Positions 29,417 to 40,051 of a DNA stretch of 64,000 bases are shown piece after piece. Below the pieces are notes generated by a model. It did not search any database. It worked only from the letters and a program-made list of their open reading frames with translations, and was not told the origin of the DNA. This DNA comes from Ostreococcus lucimarinus (lineage: Eukaryota). The translations under genes were made by a program, and so were the position numbers. Each line of letters opens with the position of its first letter. Positions within the stretch are counted from its first letter, which is position 1. The DNA is taken from the NCBI GenBank assembly GCA_000092065.1, contig CP000592.1. One strand, written 5' to 3'.

Positions 29417-30253
29417 ATGGGAGGGTCGGGGAGGACGCGACGACCGTCGACGCGGGTGTTGGAGGCGACGGCGGCGCGAGACGACGACGCGGCGAGTCGG
29501 AGTCGACGCGCGATCGCGTCGACGTCGGCGGGGAAGAGGGTGAAGTCGCCGGGAAGCGCGGGAAGGGGGACGGCGGCGCGTCGGGAGAGCGAGGCGCACG
29601 CCAAGGCGGCATTGGCGGCGGTGATGGGCGCGCCGCGAGACGTTTACGTGAACCTGCCGACGTACAGTGAGAGCGCGAGCGCGCATCACGACGATGAGAT
29701 GGCGTTACCGGTGTCGATTTTCGACGATCCGTTGCTGGAGGAGATGCCGTTTTACGTCGAAACGTCGAAGCGGAAGTTGGAGATTGGGTCCATGTCTCCG
29801 GTGGCGGCGAATCGCAAACGATTGAGCATTGACGTTCCTGAACCGTTTGACGACGTGTGCGAGAGCTCTCCGCTCGGTATTCCTCGCCAACGCCGTCGTT
29901 TGAGCGCTAACGGCCGTCGAACGACGCTTCACGAGTTGTTATCGCCCAGACGCACGCTCAACATGGGCGTGAGCGAGGAGTCCAAGCGCGTGCACGATCT
30001 CAAGCCCACAGATTTGGACAGCGCGCGCGAAACCCCGCAAGTCGTCGCTCAGAAAGCGGTTTCACGCTCGCAGTCCCTGAGCTCGATGGCGCGCGACGCC
30101 GACGGAAGAGTATCGCCCACCGGCGCCTTCAAAGCGGCGCTTCGATCGCCCGAAATCGTCGGCCCGCGCGACACGCTCTCGAGACAACTCAGTCGAGGCC
30201 TGTCGTGCGAAAAGTTATTTAACACCTCCGCGTCGCCCGCTCGCGTCGCGTGA
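29417..30253 (+). CDS. Hypothetical Ser/Arg/Pro-rich protein, probably disordered
   Basis: Long ORF with coding-like composition and S/T-P motifs but no recognisable domain. The ORF is open back to 29036 and the start was chosen arbitrarily at an internal Met. Confidence 0.3.
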   Translation: MGGSGRTRRPSTRVLEATAARDDDAASRSRRAIASTSAGKRVKSPGSAGRGTAARRESEAHAKAALAAVMGAPRDVYVNLPTYSESASAHHDDEMALPVSIFDDPLLEEMPFYVETSKRKLEIGSMSPVAANRKRLSIDVPEPFDDVCESSPLGIPRQRRRLSANGRRTTLHELLSPRRTLNMGVSEESKRVHDLKPTDLDSARETPQVVAQKAVSRSQSLSSMARDADGRVSPTGAFKAALRSPEIVGPRDTLSRQLSRGLSCEKLFNTSASPARVA

Positions 30254-30405
30254 GATCCCATCCCGTTGTAAAGTATCATCTTAAACCCGATTGGTGTCGC
30301 CCGAAGTCTCGCGCTCGTCCCGCCGGCGCGTCCCGCCGCCGTCCGCACACGCCGCCTCGGTCCCCGACCGAGTCGTTCAACGCGTCCGCGTCGCCCGCGC
30401 TCGAC

Positions 30406-31320
30406 ATGTCGCTTCGCCGCGCGAGCGCGCACGCCGCGCGCGCGCTCGCGCGGCGCGCGCGCGCCGTCGCGCCGCTCGCGCGCGACGCCAGCTCGACGTC
30501 AAAACCTCTCGAATTCGATCGCCTTCGCGCGGCGTTCGCGACGACGGCGGACGCCGCGCCGCGCGTCAGCGCGACGGTGGACATCGAATCCGCCAACGCG
30601 CCCGAGGCGCCGACGCGCGCGGAGCTCGAGCGAAGGCCGAGGTTGAGCCTGGTCGACGCCGCGCGCTGGGTCAAGGCGAACGCGAAGGCCAAGTTCGCGG
30701 AGAGCGTGGAATTCGCGGTGCACCTCGGCGTGGACCCGAAACGGAGCGATATGATCGTCAGAGGCGCGGTGCGATTGCCGCACGGGACGGGAAAGACGGT
30801 GCGCGTGGCGGTGTTCGCGGAGGGGGAGGACGCGGAGGCGGCGCGAGACGCGGGGGCGACGACGATTGGCGGCGCGGCGTTGGTGGATGAAATTAAAGAG
30901 GGCGGATCGGGGACGATTCAGTTCGATAAGGCGATCGCGACGCCGGGGATGATGTCGAAGTTGAAGGAGATCGCGCGGATCTTAGGCCCGCGAGGGTTGA
31001 TGCCGAATCCGAAATTGGGGACGGTGACGACGGACGTCGCCGAGGCGGTGCGCGAACACCTCGGCGGGCGCGTGGAGTTTAGAGCGGAGAAAAACGCCAT
31101 CGTGCACGTCATGGTTGGAAAAGTGAACTTCGAGGAGGAACATTTGGTGGAAAACGTTGCCACCGTGTTTCGTGAGCTCTTGGCGCTGAGACCTAAAGGG
31201 AAAGGTGCGCCGAACGCGAGCAAGTACGTGCGAAAGGCGTACCTGAGCAGCACCATGGGCAAAGGATCGGCGCGTTTGGAAGTGAGCGATCTCGTGGACG
31301 CCGCGAGCGCGCTGAAGTAG
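30406..31320 (+). CDS. Organellar (bacterial-type) ribosomal protein L1 / uL1 with an N-terminal transit peptide
   Basis: AKFAESVEFAVHLGVDPKRSDMIVRGAVRLPHGTGKTVRVAVFAEGE...IATPGMMSKLKEIARILGPRGLMPNPKLGTVT closely matches bacterial/plastid L1. Confidence 0.8.
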   Translation: MSLRRASAHAARALARRARAVAPLARDASSTSKPLEFDRLRAAFATTADAAPRVSATVDIESANAPEAPTRAELERRPRLSLVDAARWVKANAKAKFAESVEFAVHLGVDPKRSDMIVRGAVRLPHGTGKTVRVAVFAEGEDAEAARDAGATTIGGAALVDEIKEGGSGTIQFDKAIATPGMMSKLKEIARILGPRGLMPNPKLGTVTTDVAEAVREHLGGRVEFRAEKNAIVHVMVGKVNFEEEHLVENVATVFRELLALRPKGKGAPNASKYVRKAYLSSTMGKGSARLEVSDLVDAASALK

Positions 31321-31586
31321 TCACGATACAATCCAAGTAGACGAGACGTAGCACGTTTAACATTAGAAAGGAATTGCATCATCTGGTTTGAATTTTCATC
31401 ACAACGCCGCGCTCGCGCGCTCCTGTTTCTCTTCGTTGTCACTACACGTTCCTTTCCCAGGTCTTCGTTTAACTGTTACTTCGCCTATACGCGCGCACGC
31501 TCGACGGCACTCACCGCCGCTCTACCACTCTATTTTGTTTAAATCGTCTCACTCGCCGAACATCCAAGCCTCGTCGCGCCCGCCGC

Positions 31587-32102
<516 letters not shown>

Positions 32103-32431
32103 TCACGTCGTTCTTTCGTCGAACGCGCGCGCGTCTTCGCGTTCCGCGTCTCTTTTCCCGCGTCTCGTCTGCGCGCGCGCCCCGCTCCTGGATCTTCACC
32201 ATCGCCCGCGCGTGATCTTCCACCGCCCACGTCCCGCGCGCGCCTGTCCCGCGCCGTCCGACGCGCGCGACCGATGTGACGGATATCCACGCATCATCCG
32301 AGCGCCCGCGCGACGCCCGCGCGACGTCGCGCGCGCGCGCGGCGTCCCGATTCCGTCTGAACATCCATCTTGTCGCGAACGATCTCACGTCGCGTGCGTC
32401 CGCGTCGTGCGTCGCGCGCGACTCGACGTAC

Positions 32432-32497
32432 CATCAGAATCCGCATCTCCTTCTTGGAGAACAGGCGCTGGAAGAGTTTGGCGAACGTGATGCCCAT
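32432..32497 (-). CDS. ARF1: ADP-ribosylation factor 1, exon 1 (MGITFAKLFQRLFSKKEMRILM), followed by a GTACGT donor
   Basis: ATG at 32497-32495. The exon ends ...CTGATG|GTACGT, giving a 365-nt intron (32067-32431). Joined to exon 2 it yields a 181-aa ARF with the myristoylation site Gly2. Confidence 0.85.
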
Positions 32498-32718
32498 GTT
32501 TGCTCTGCGTGCGCGCCGTCGCGGTGTGCGGCGTCGCGCGCGGAATGCGTCGATGTGGCGCGTTGTTTTCACACGCCACCAGCATCGGGACATCGAGACG
32601 ACGCCGGCGCGCGTTCGCGAATCCGCGAATCCGCGGGAGGCGCGCGCGAGTTCTACGATGGCGCTAAGATGTGTTGACAACTTAAGGCTCCTAATACGAA
32701 AGGGCACGTCGACGGCGC

Positions 32719-33720
32719 TCACGCGCCGTCGACGGCGTCGTCGCCGAGGGCGGCCTCGGGCGGCTTGGTCTTGCCGGAGACTTCCTGCGCTAAAATCGAA
32801 GCCAAGTACTTGCCGTGCTCTTCGATGGCGGTTTGTAAGCGACGCTGCGCGATGAGCTGGTCGTGGAGCTGCTTTTGCATCTCGAGCTGTTTCAGCAAAG
32901 CGTGGCCGACGTGAGGCATGTCTTCGATGAGTTCCGCGCTGACGACGGCGGCGGCGGCCTCGTCCGACAACGTCGCGGCGGGCTTGAGCGCTTGGGCTAA
33001 AATTGCGTCCAAGGCATGGATTTTACCCTCCGATCCCAGCGTTTTGGCCTTCATCGCGGAGGTGCTATTCAAGAGCTCGGACAACTGCGCCGTCGTCACC
33101 GGCGTCGACGGCGGATCGCTCGATAAACCACTACCCATCGGCGCCGCGCTCGCGACGTCCAAACCCATCAAATCTGCCTCGCTCGCCCGCTGTTTCATCT
33201 CCGCCTGCTGTTGCACGCGCGCGCGTTTTATCATCGCGCGTCTCTCGCGATCAGCCTCGGCGTCGAGCTCGGCGCCTCGCGACCCGCCGGCGCCCTCCTG
33301 TAACCTATACTTTTGCAAGTGCGACTTGATGTGTTGAATAGTCATCCCGCTCATGGCCATGATATGCATGATGCCTTTCGGCGTCGCCAGCTCCAACCCC
33401 CCCAACTGATTCACGGCGTTGATAAACTCTCTGTGCAACTCCGGCGTCCATCGCAAGCGCGCGCCGCCTCGACCGTTCCTCCCCCGCGTCGCGTTTCCCT
33501 CCTTCCCTCGTCCCGCGTTCGCCTTCGCGCGCTTCTCCTGCCCCGACGTCGACGCCCGCGCGTCCCCGCTCGCCCTCGCTCGCTTCCTCCCCCCCCCCCG
33601 GCCGTCGTTCGCCCGCGTCCCGTCCCTCGCGTCGTCGTCGTCCTCCGCCGCGTCCTCGCCGAGCGCGTCCTCGTCCTCGACCCTCCCGCTCGTCGCGCCG
33701 CGCACGATGACGTCGTCCAA
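32719..33720 (-). CDS. MYB-CC (GARP/G2-like, PHR1-like) transcription factor
   Basis: The GARP DNA-binding domain [21 protein letters not shown]...[29 protein letters not shown] (SHLQKYR motif) is present, together with a downstream LHEQL-type coiled coil ([29 protein letters not shown]). This family is restricted to Viridiplantae. Confidence 0.75.
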   Translation of the reverse strand: MDDVIVRGATSGRVEDEDALGEDAAEDDDDARDGTRANDGRGGGRKRARASGDARASTSGQEKRAKANAGRGKEGNATRGRNGRGGARLRWTPELHREFINAVNQLGGLELATPKGIMHIMAMSGMTIQHIKSHLQKYRLQEGAGGSRGAELDAEADRERRAMIKRARVQQQAEMKQRASEADLMGLDVASAAPMGSGLSSDPPSTPVTTAQLSELLNSTSAMKAKTLGSEGKIHALDAILAQALKPAATLSDEAAAAVVSAELIEDMPHVGHALLKQLEMQKQLHDQLIAQRRLQTAIEEHGKYLASILAQEVSGKTKPPEAALGDDAVDGA

Positions 33721-33786
33721 CCAATCCTACGATCGCGATTCGCGTCTCGCGCGTCAGTCGTTCGTCGCCCGCTCTCGATCGCGCGC

Positions 33787-33811
33787 CGTCGTCGTCGTCG
33801 TCGTCGTCGTC
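33787..33811. repeat. (GTC)n trinucleotide repeat in the Myb/BRCT intergenic or 5' region
   Basis: A run of about 8 GTC units (tcgtcgtcgtcgtcgtcgtcgtc) visible in the sequence. Confidence 0.6.
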
Positions 33812-34234
33812 GCCTCGACCTCGGTCGCGTCGTCGGTCCATCGCGTCGCGTCGCGCTTTCGTCGTCGCGCGCGCGCGTCGTCGGGCGCGTCGTCGCGCGC
33901 ACCAGCGTGTCGTCGACCGCGCCGTCGAGCGCGCCGTCGCCGGCGCCGGCGAGGCCCTCGAACAGGGGCCAGAACCGTTCGTCCGCCATGTGCGGAATAT
34001 TCGTCGCCGGGCGCGCGCCGCGATCGATCGCGATTCGCGTTCGCGAACCTCGAGTCGAGGGTCGCGAACGACGCGCGACCCTCGTCGCGAGCGTCGATCG
34101 CGATCGATCGCGATCGATCGCGCGGCGCGCGATCGGGGCGACGTGATCTATGTGTGACTGTTTGTGCGTATGCGGTCGGTCGGACCCGGCGACGGCGAAC
34201 GCCGGCGCGCGTCCTCGCGCCATCGCGCGACGCG

Positions 34235-37200
34235 ATGGAGCGCGCGATCGCGGCGTCGCGCGAGGACGCGCGCGCGCACGCGCTGGCGGCGTCCAGGGGC
34301 GACGCGCGCGCGGCCGTGCGCGCGTGCGTGAGCGCGACGGAGCGATTGGCGATCGGCGCGCGCGCGGGACGCGCGGCGCGAGGGCGACGGCGACGGCGCG
34401 ACGGCGACGGGGGAGGGCGCGCGCGCGGCGACCGGGATGGGGCGCGCGAGGGCGCGGACGCGAGGGGCGACGCGTCGGCGTCGGCGTCGAGGTCGAGCGA
34501 CGAAGATGACGACGACGACGACGACGACGAAGACGACGACGACGACGACGAGCGCGAACGAATCCTCGCGGACGTGTGCGCGTGGGTGAAGCGCGCGCGC
34601 GCGGAGATCGGGTTGGACGCGTTTCGGTTCGAAAGCGCGGCGGGCGCGCGCGAGGCGGCGGCGGAGGCGCTTTCGGAGGATGATTTGGACGACGCGTTGG
34701 CGCAGGTGGAGTACGCGTCCGACGGGTGGGAGACGGCGCCGGACGATCGAAGTCAACGCGCGTCCGCGGGCGGGTCGCGCGCGAAACAGTCGTGCGCGGT
34801 GGTGAGTGATGTGTTCAGTCAACTCGCGGGCGGCAGAGGCGGCGGAGGCGACGAGGATGAGGAAGTCGACGCGGGCGCGAGGGCGGACGAAGACGGCCGA
34901 GTCACGGATGGGGAGGAAGATTTCGCGGGCGGGACGCAAGCGTTTGAAGATTTCGACGACGACGACGAACCGGTCGTTGGAACGCAAGCGCTGGAAGATA
35001 TCGAGGCCGATTTCATCGGTGGCACGCAAGTCGTGGAATCACCGATGAAGCGCGCGTCGCCGACTGGGCTGAAACTCTCGGCGTCGCCGCTGACGCTTCC
35101 AAGGACGAAGAAGTCGAGCGAGCGAGCGAGCGAGGCACCGTCGATCCCGGCGGCACCGACGTCGCTGTGGGCGGTGGCGTCGAACACGCCGCCCGAAGAG
35201 CGGGCGCGCCGCGAGAGGGTAGGACACACGCGCGGATTAGTGGACAGAGCCTCGGTGCCGCGCGCGAACGCCGACACGCAACCGACGATGGGCGTCGAGG
35301 ACGCAGACGAGGGCGACGACGACGACGCGCGCGAAAACGATGGAACCACCCTGCTTTCGACTTTCAACGATTCAAAGCGCGTCGATTGCACGCCCATCGA
35401 TGCGATGACTGAGCAGCCGAGTAAGCCCCCGACGCTGAAGCGACCCGGGGCGATGCGGGCGCCGACGCACGAGCACTCGTCCATGGTGACGGCGTCGGCG
35501 CGACCACTGGGCTCGATCGGCTCCGAACACGGCGAAGTCATGGGCGTCGCGCGCACGGCGATCGAGGCCGTCAAGCGCGCGCGTGCGAAAATGAATGAAC
35601 CTCTCGGGTTGGATATGTCGATGCCGCAGTGCGACGACGATTCGCAGCTCGTCGACGACGACGCGGACGACGTCGTCGAGGCGACACCAATGGCGGCCGA
35701 GGGAGAGGACGACGCTTTGGTCGGAGACGGGCCGGAATCGGCACCGAGCTCACCAGACATCGGCATGCTCTATTCACAGCGACCGATGAACGACGACGAC
35801 GAGGACGTCGCCGACGTCGCGTCGCCGCAGCGACCGCACACCCAACACTCGCAGTCGCCGTTCAAGAGACAGTTGATCCATTCGCTCGCCCCGCCCATGT
35901 CACAGCCCGAGGTGGAGTCGCCTCGCAGTAGAATCATGCTTTCGCAGCACCAATGGCGTCAGCCGAGGCGTCGAGCCCCACCGCCACCTAGATTTGACGA
36001 AGAAACTCCGTCAAAGCGGTATAAAATCATCGACGACGACTTGTCGCAGTCGATGACGCAAGGGACGCAAGACGAACCCGCGAGTCAGGGTGAATTCGTG
36101 GATTGCAGTCAGCGAGAAAACGAAGGTGGTCTGATTCGACCGAGGATATCGAGTTTACCCGCGCCGACGGTTGTCAACCGAACCACCGCGGCGAGCGGCT
36201 GTCGCATCGTCGCGCCTTCTCCTTCCGAGAAGACGCCGTCCAAGGACGAAATAGAACGGCCATTGCCGCCGCTCGGGTGTCCAAAGTGTCGTCACGCCGT
36301 GAAAGGGTGCGGGCGATGCCGGACGATACGCGAAAACGCAAAGAATGGTATTTGGCCGAGCGGGCGCGGAAGATCAAAAAAGTCTTCGGTGGATTCCGCG
36401 AGCGCGGCGTCAGCGTCGAAATCAAGCGCTCGACGCGCGACGCACTCGGCGTCAAAAACACCTGCGTCCAAAACGCCGATGTCCAAAACGCCGATGTCCA
36501 AGCGTACGAAGACCGCGGCTGGGAAGGAAAACAAGCCAAACAAGCGCTCGTCGGCGAAGATGTTCGCGTCGCTTCATTTCCTCTTGTCCGGCCTCGGCAA
36601 AGTTGGCACCGCGACGAAGGATATCATCAAAGCGCACGGAGGCACGGTATTGAGCGAACCTTCTTCGGACATATCGGTGAACTCGGTCATCGTCGTCACA
36701 CCTACGATGGGACGAACGATGAAATGCCTCTACGGCATCGCCGCGGGCGCGCGATTCGCCACGCCGGCTTGGGTCGAGGCGTGCGCGGACGAAGGTCGAA
36801 TGATTCAAATCGACGAGCCCCTCGATGCCGAAGGAAATCCTAGAGAACATCATCGCGCGTGCTTGGGTAAGCTCTTCCGCGACGTGAAGGCCGCCATCAC
36901 GGGCAACGAAGGGTTCGTTAAAGACTTCACCTCGCTCCTGTCGCACGCCGGCGCGACGCTCGAGCGCAACCCGCAAACAGACGATCGATTCGATTACCTC
37001 ATAACTCAGAGCGGTGAAAACCCCCACTCGGCTTGGATTCGAGCGTCGAAGCGACTGGGCGTACCGTGCGTGCGTCACGAGTGGCTCGTTGACTCTATTC
37101 TAGCCGGCGAGTTGCTGGACGTCGCGGCGTACGCCACGCTCGCCTCGCCGCCGAACGCGCGCGCGTCGATTCCCCCCCACTCTTCCTTATCCGACGCCTC

Positions 37201-37243
37201 GCGAGAGCGCGCGAATCTTCGAAGAAAATCAACCAGATACTAG
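34235..37243 (+). CDS. MDC1/PTIP-like DNA-damage mediator candidate: acidic N-terminal region, a cluster of TQ(xF) motifs, a Lys/Ser/Thr-rich linker and C-terminal tandem BRCT domains
   Basis: Three TQ motifs occur within 60 aa (GGTQAFEDF, VGTQALEDI, GGTQVVESP). The poly-Asp/Glu tract (34501-34556) is encoded by (GAC)n. The C-terminus has two BRCT folds (FASLHFLLSGL...WVEACADEGRMIQI and KAAITGNEGF...VRHEWLVDSILAGELLD). The start was set at MERAIAAS because the ORF is open back to 33419 across the divergent Myb gene. Confidence 0.6.
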   Translation: MERAIAASREDARAHALAASRGDARAAVRACVSATERLAIGARAGRAARGRRRRRDGDGGGRARGDRDGAREGADARGDASASASRSSDEDDDDDDDDEDDDDDDERERILADVCAWVKRARAEIGLDAFRFESAAGAREAAAEALSEDDLDDALAQVEYASDGWETAPDDRSQRASAGGSRAKQSCAVVSDVFSQLAGGRGGGGDEDEEVDAGARADEDGRVTDGEEDFAGGTQAFEDFDDDDEPVVGTQALEDIEADFIGGTQVVESPMKRASPTGLKLSASPLTLPRTKKSSERASEAPSIPAAPTSLWAVASNTPPEERARRERVGHTRGLVDRASVPRANADTQPTMGVEDADEGDDDDARENDGTTLLSTFNDSKRVDCTPIDAMTEQPSKPPTLKRPGAMRAPTHEHSSMVTASARPLGSIGSEHGEVMGVARTAIEAVKRARAKMNEPLGLDMSMPQCDDDSQLVDDDADDVVEATPMAAEGEDDALVGDGPESAPSSPDIGMLYSQRPMNDDDEDVADVASPQRPHTQHSQSPFKRQLIHSLAPPMSQPEVESPRSRIMLSQHQWRQPRRRAPPPPRFDEETPSKRYKIIDDDLSQSMTQGTQDEPASQGEFVDCSQRENEGGLIRPRISSLPAPTVVNRTTAASGCRIVAPSPSEKTPSKDEIERPLPPLGCPKCRHAVKGCGRCRTIRENAKNGIWPSGRGRSKKSSVDSASAASASKSSARRATHSASKTPASKTPMSKTPMSKRTKTAAGKENKPNKRSSAKMFASLHFLLSGLGKVGTATKDIIKAHGGTVLSEPSSDISVNSVIVVTPTMGRTMKCLYGIAAGARFATPAWVEACADEGRMIQIDEPLDAEGNPREHHRACLGKLFRDVKAAITGNEGFVKDFTSLLSHAGATLERNPQTDDRFDYLITQSGENPHSAWIRASKRLGVPCVRHEWLVDSILAGELLDVAAYATLASPPNARASIPPHSSLSDASRERANLRRKSTRY

Positions 37244-37496
37244 CATTGTAGCACCGCGCACCGTCGCCATTCACCGTCGTCTCGACCGCCGCGCGTCCCG
37301 GTCGGCTCGCGCGTCCCCGCGTCCCAATCGCCGCGCCGCGCCGCACACCCCGCCGCGTTCTGGACGCGCCGACGCCCGTCGCCGGTCGCGGCGTGCGCTG
37401 TAGACACTCCCACACGCGCGCTCGCGCGATCCGGGCCGCGGCGCGCGCCAACGCGCGTCGATACCGCGCGCAGACGAAAACCAACCGCTTCGGGAC

Positions 37497-38420
37497 ATGT
37501 TTCAAAATTCGAAACTTCCCGCGTACGCGCACGTCTACACGCGCTTCAGCATGAACTTAAACCAGCCCCTGGACTTCGCCGCGAAACTGGCGACGTGCGT
37601 CGTGCTGTGGGAGATCCCGCGCGCGCTGTCGAGCGCGATGGTGCGTAAGACGTACGGCGCGACGACGAGGGAAGAGGAGAAACGCTTCGTCGCGGCGGCG
37701 CCGGCGTACGTAATGTCGACGCTGCACGCGCTCGTCGTCGCCACCGCGGGGCTGAAAATCGGGTACATCACGGTGATGTTGCCGAACGCGAACGATCGGT
37801 ACTACTTGCACGCGAAAACCGCGTTCAAGCTGGCGGATTTGAAATTTATCGAGCGGTGGAATTGGGCATTCTGCGGGTACATGTTCGGCGACTTGTTGCA
37901 CGTCTTAAAGGAGTACCCGCGGCTCGGCAAGATGGACATGGTGGTGCATCACGCGTGTTTCATCGCGTGTTCGCTGCTCGCCGGCCACTCGCAGACGATG
38001 ATGCTACCGTTTTCGTGGTTGCTGTTGGGCGAGTACTCCACGCCGATTTTGTGCGCGCGTTGGTTGATTCAACAGTTGACGTACGAGTTGAAGAGCGACG
38101 TCGTCGTGCGATGGGCGCGCGCGTGTGGATACACGGGCGACGCCGTGAGCTCAGTGACGAATGCTGGGAAACAACTGGAATTTGGCTGCAGCGTCGGGTT
38201 CATGATCGTCTTCTTTCTCGTTCGCATCGTGGCGTACACCGGAGGATTCGCGAGCATGCTCGCGGCGTGGCGAGGCGGCGTCCTCGACCCGATCCCGAAA
38301 TCCGTCACCAACACCCTATTCGTCCTCGTCGCGTGCGGGGCGGGATTAAATTATTACTGGTTTTCGATCATGGTTCGCAAAGCCCTGCGCGGGCCGCCGA
38401 AACCGAAGAAAGATGAATAG
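37497..38420 (+). CDS. TLC-domain (TRAM/LAG1/CLN8-like, TLCD/TMEM56-type) membrane protein, paralog 1
   Basis: HHACFIACSLLAG and LLLGEYSTPILCARW match the TLC His-His and E-x-STP-x5-RW motifs, with 6 TM segments. The C-terminus is KALRGPPKPKKDE. Confidence 0.6.
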   Translation: MFQNSKLPAYAHVYTRFSMNLNQPLDFAAKLATCVVLWEIPRALSSAMVRKTYGATTREEEKRFVAAAPAYVMSTLHALVVATAGLKIGYITVMLPNANDRYYLHAKTAFKLADLKFIERWNWAFCGYMFGDLLHVLKEYPRLGKMDMVVHHACFIACSLLAGHSQTMMLPFSWLLLGEYSTPILCARWLIQQLTYELKSDVVVRWARACGYTGDAVSSVTNAGKQLEFGCSVGFMIVFFLVRIVAYTGGFASMLAAWRGGVLDPIPKSVTNTLFVLVACGAGLNYYWFSIMVRKALRGPPKPKKDE

Positions 38421-38916
38421 CGGACAAGTGGCGCAAACCATCCGCCGCGTCGACGCGCGCCCGTCTCGGTCGCATCACTCTTAGCACGATTTCATAGTAC
38501 ATACATCATCACAACAAAACAAGTAACATTCACGACGAATCCACGACGACACGCACCACATCGCGCGACCGTCTCGCGGTCACATCACCGAAAGCGCGAC
38601 GGCGCCCCCCGCGCCCGGCCGATTGAAGCCACTGTCCCCTTCCACGTAAATCCATCCTCGCTTCCATCCGACGCAGCACAAAACGATGAGCGCGAACCCG
38701 ACGCAGCCGAACACCGCGCCGAGGGTCTCGCTCGTCGTCGTCGCCGTCGTCGCCATGTCCGTCGCCGTGTGCCGAGTCAACTCGACTTTAAATTTCAAAT
38801 ATCTTCGACGCTTCATAATCCCGCGCGCGCGCGCGCGCCGCGCGAGCGCGCGCCGCGCGAGCATGTTCCGACGATCGCCCGCGCCGCGTCGCGCGCGCTA
38901 CGCCGGGCCACGCGCG

Positions 38917-39795
38917 ATGAATCCCGCGGAGAATCCGATGGATTTTTTGAAAAAGTTGCTCGTCGCGGTGCTCGTGTGGGAACTCGTGCGGTTCGTCATC
39001 GCGCGCATCGCGCTCGTCGTGCTGCCGAAGCGCGATGATGAAGACGAAGAGACCGCGCGGGTGCGGTTCGAAGCGCCGAAGCAGTACACGGGCGCGGTGC
39101 ACGCGCTGGTGGTGAGCGCGCTGGCGGCGAAGCTGTTGCGCGCAGTCGTCGCGCTGGACGAAGCGGCGGATATGTATTACATTCGCGGTGCGGGGATCGG
39201 GATGGATGATGGGACGAGAGACTTGTTGGAACTCACGAATTGGTTGTTCTTGGGGTACTTGGTGCAAGACACGACGCACATCGTGCGGAATTTTCCGAGG
39301 ATGGGCAAAGCGGACATGTTGGCGCACCACTGCGTGTTCATGGTGGCGTCTATTTTGTCCGGTGCATCGCAGACTATGATGCTGCCGTTCTGCTGGTTGT
39401 TGCTCGGTGAAGCGTCGACACCGCTGCTGACGCTTCGCTGGACGATTCAAAGCGCGGCGTATTCGCTCGAGAGCGAAAAGGTGGTCAAGGTGGCCAAGGC
39501 GTTTGGATTCAAGGGCGAACGCGTGAGCTCGCCTAAAAACGCTGGAAAGCAGTTGGAGTTTTTCGCCGGTCTCATGCTCGTTTTCACGTTTTTCCTCGCG
39601 CGAGTGGTGACGTATAGCTTAGGTTACACCCACATGCTTTGGGTGCGACACAAGGGCATCATCGACGCGGTGCCAGCGAGCGTCGCGCTGCCGCTCAACG
39701 TCCTCGTCGGCGCCGGCGCCGGTTTAAACGCGCATTGGTTCGGCATCATGATCCGCAAGGCTATCAAAGGGCCGCCCAAGCCGAAAGAGGCGTAG
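38917..39795 (+). CDS. TLC-domain membrane protein, paralog 2 (tandem duplicate of 37497-38420)
   Basis: Collinear with paralog 1 (HHCVFMVASILSG, LLLGEASTPLLTLRW) and with the same C-terminal motif KAIKGPPKPKEA. The start was set at MNPAENPMDF by analogy with paralog 1; the ORF is open from 38686. Confidence 0.6.
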   Translation: MNPAENPMDFLKKLLVAVLVWELVRFVIARIALVVLPKRDDEDEETARVRFEAPKQYTGAVHALVVSALAAKLLRAVVALDEAADMYYIRGAGIGMDDGTRDLLELTNWLFLGYLVQDTTHIVRNFPRMGKADMLAHHCVFMVASILSGASQTMMLPFCWLLLGEASTPLLTLRWTIQSAAYSLESEKVVKVAKAFGFKGERVSSPKNAGKQLEFFAGLMLVFTFFLARVVTYSLGYTHMLWVRHKGIIDAVPASVALPLNVLVGAGAGLNAHWFGIMIRKAIKGPPKPKEA

Positions 39796-40051
39796 CATTC
39801 AAGATATACGAGATACACGAAGCGTAACGCTCGCGCGCGCGACTCAAACTTTTGCGGTAATGTACACTCTAACCGCGCCCCAACGCCGAACGTCACATCC
39901 CGTCGCATGTCAACCGCGTTCCCACCGCGCACGCCCGGTGGTGCGCTGACGTATTGTCTCGCCCTAGGACTCGGTTACGCCGCGTTCACGTCCACGCGCG
40001 AGCGCATGCGGCGCGAATAACGTAAAAAGTGTCCCCAAGTGTCAGCACGCG

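Noticed and set aside
28688-29689. Several 200-330-aa ORFs on both strands between the desaturase and the hypothetical S/R-rich gene
   Set aside because: All are Arg/Ala/Asp repeats. The region is most likely a promoter and 5' UTR for the divergent desaturase (-) and hypothetical (+) genes. Only the + ORF beyond 29417 was kept, at low confidence.
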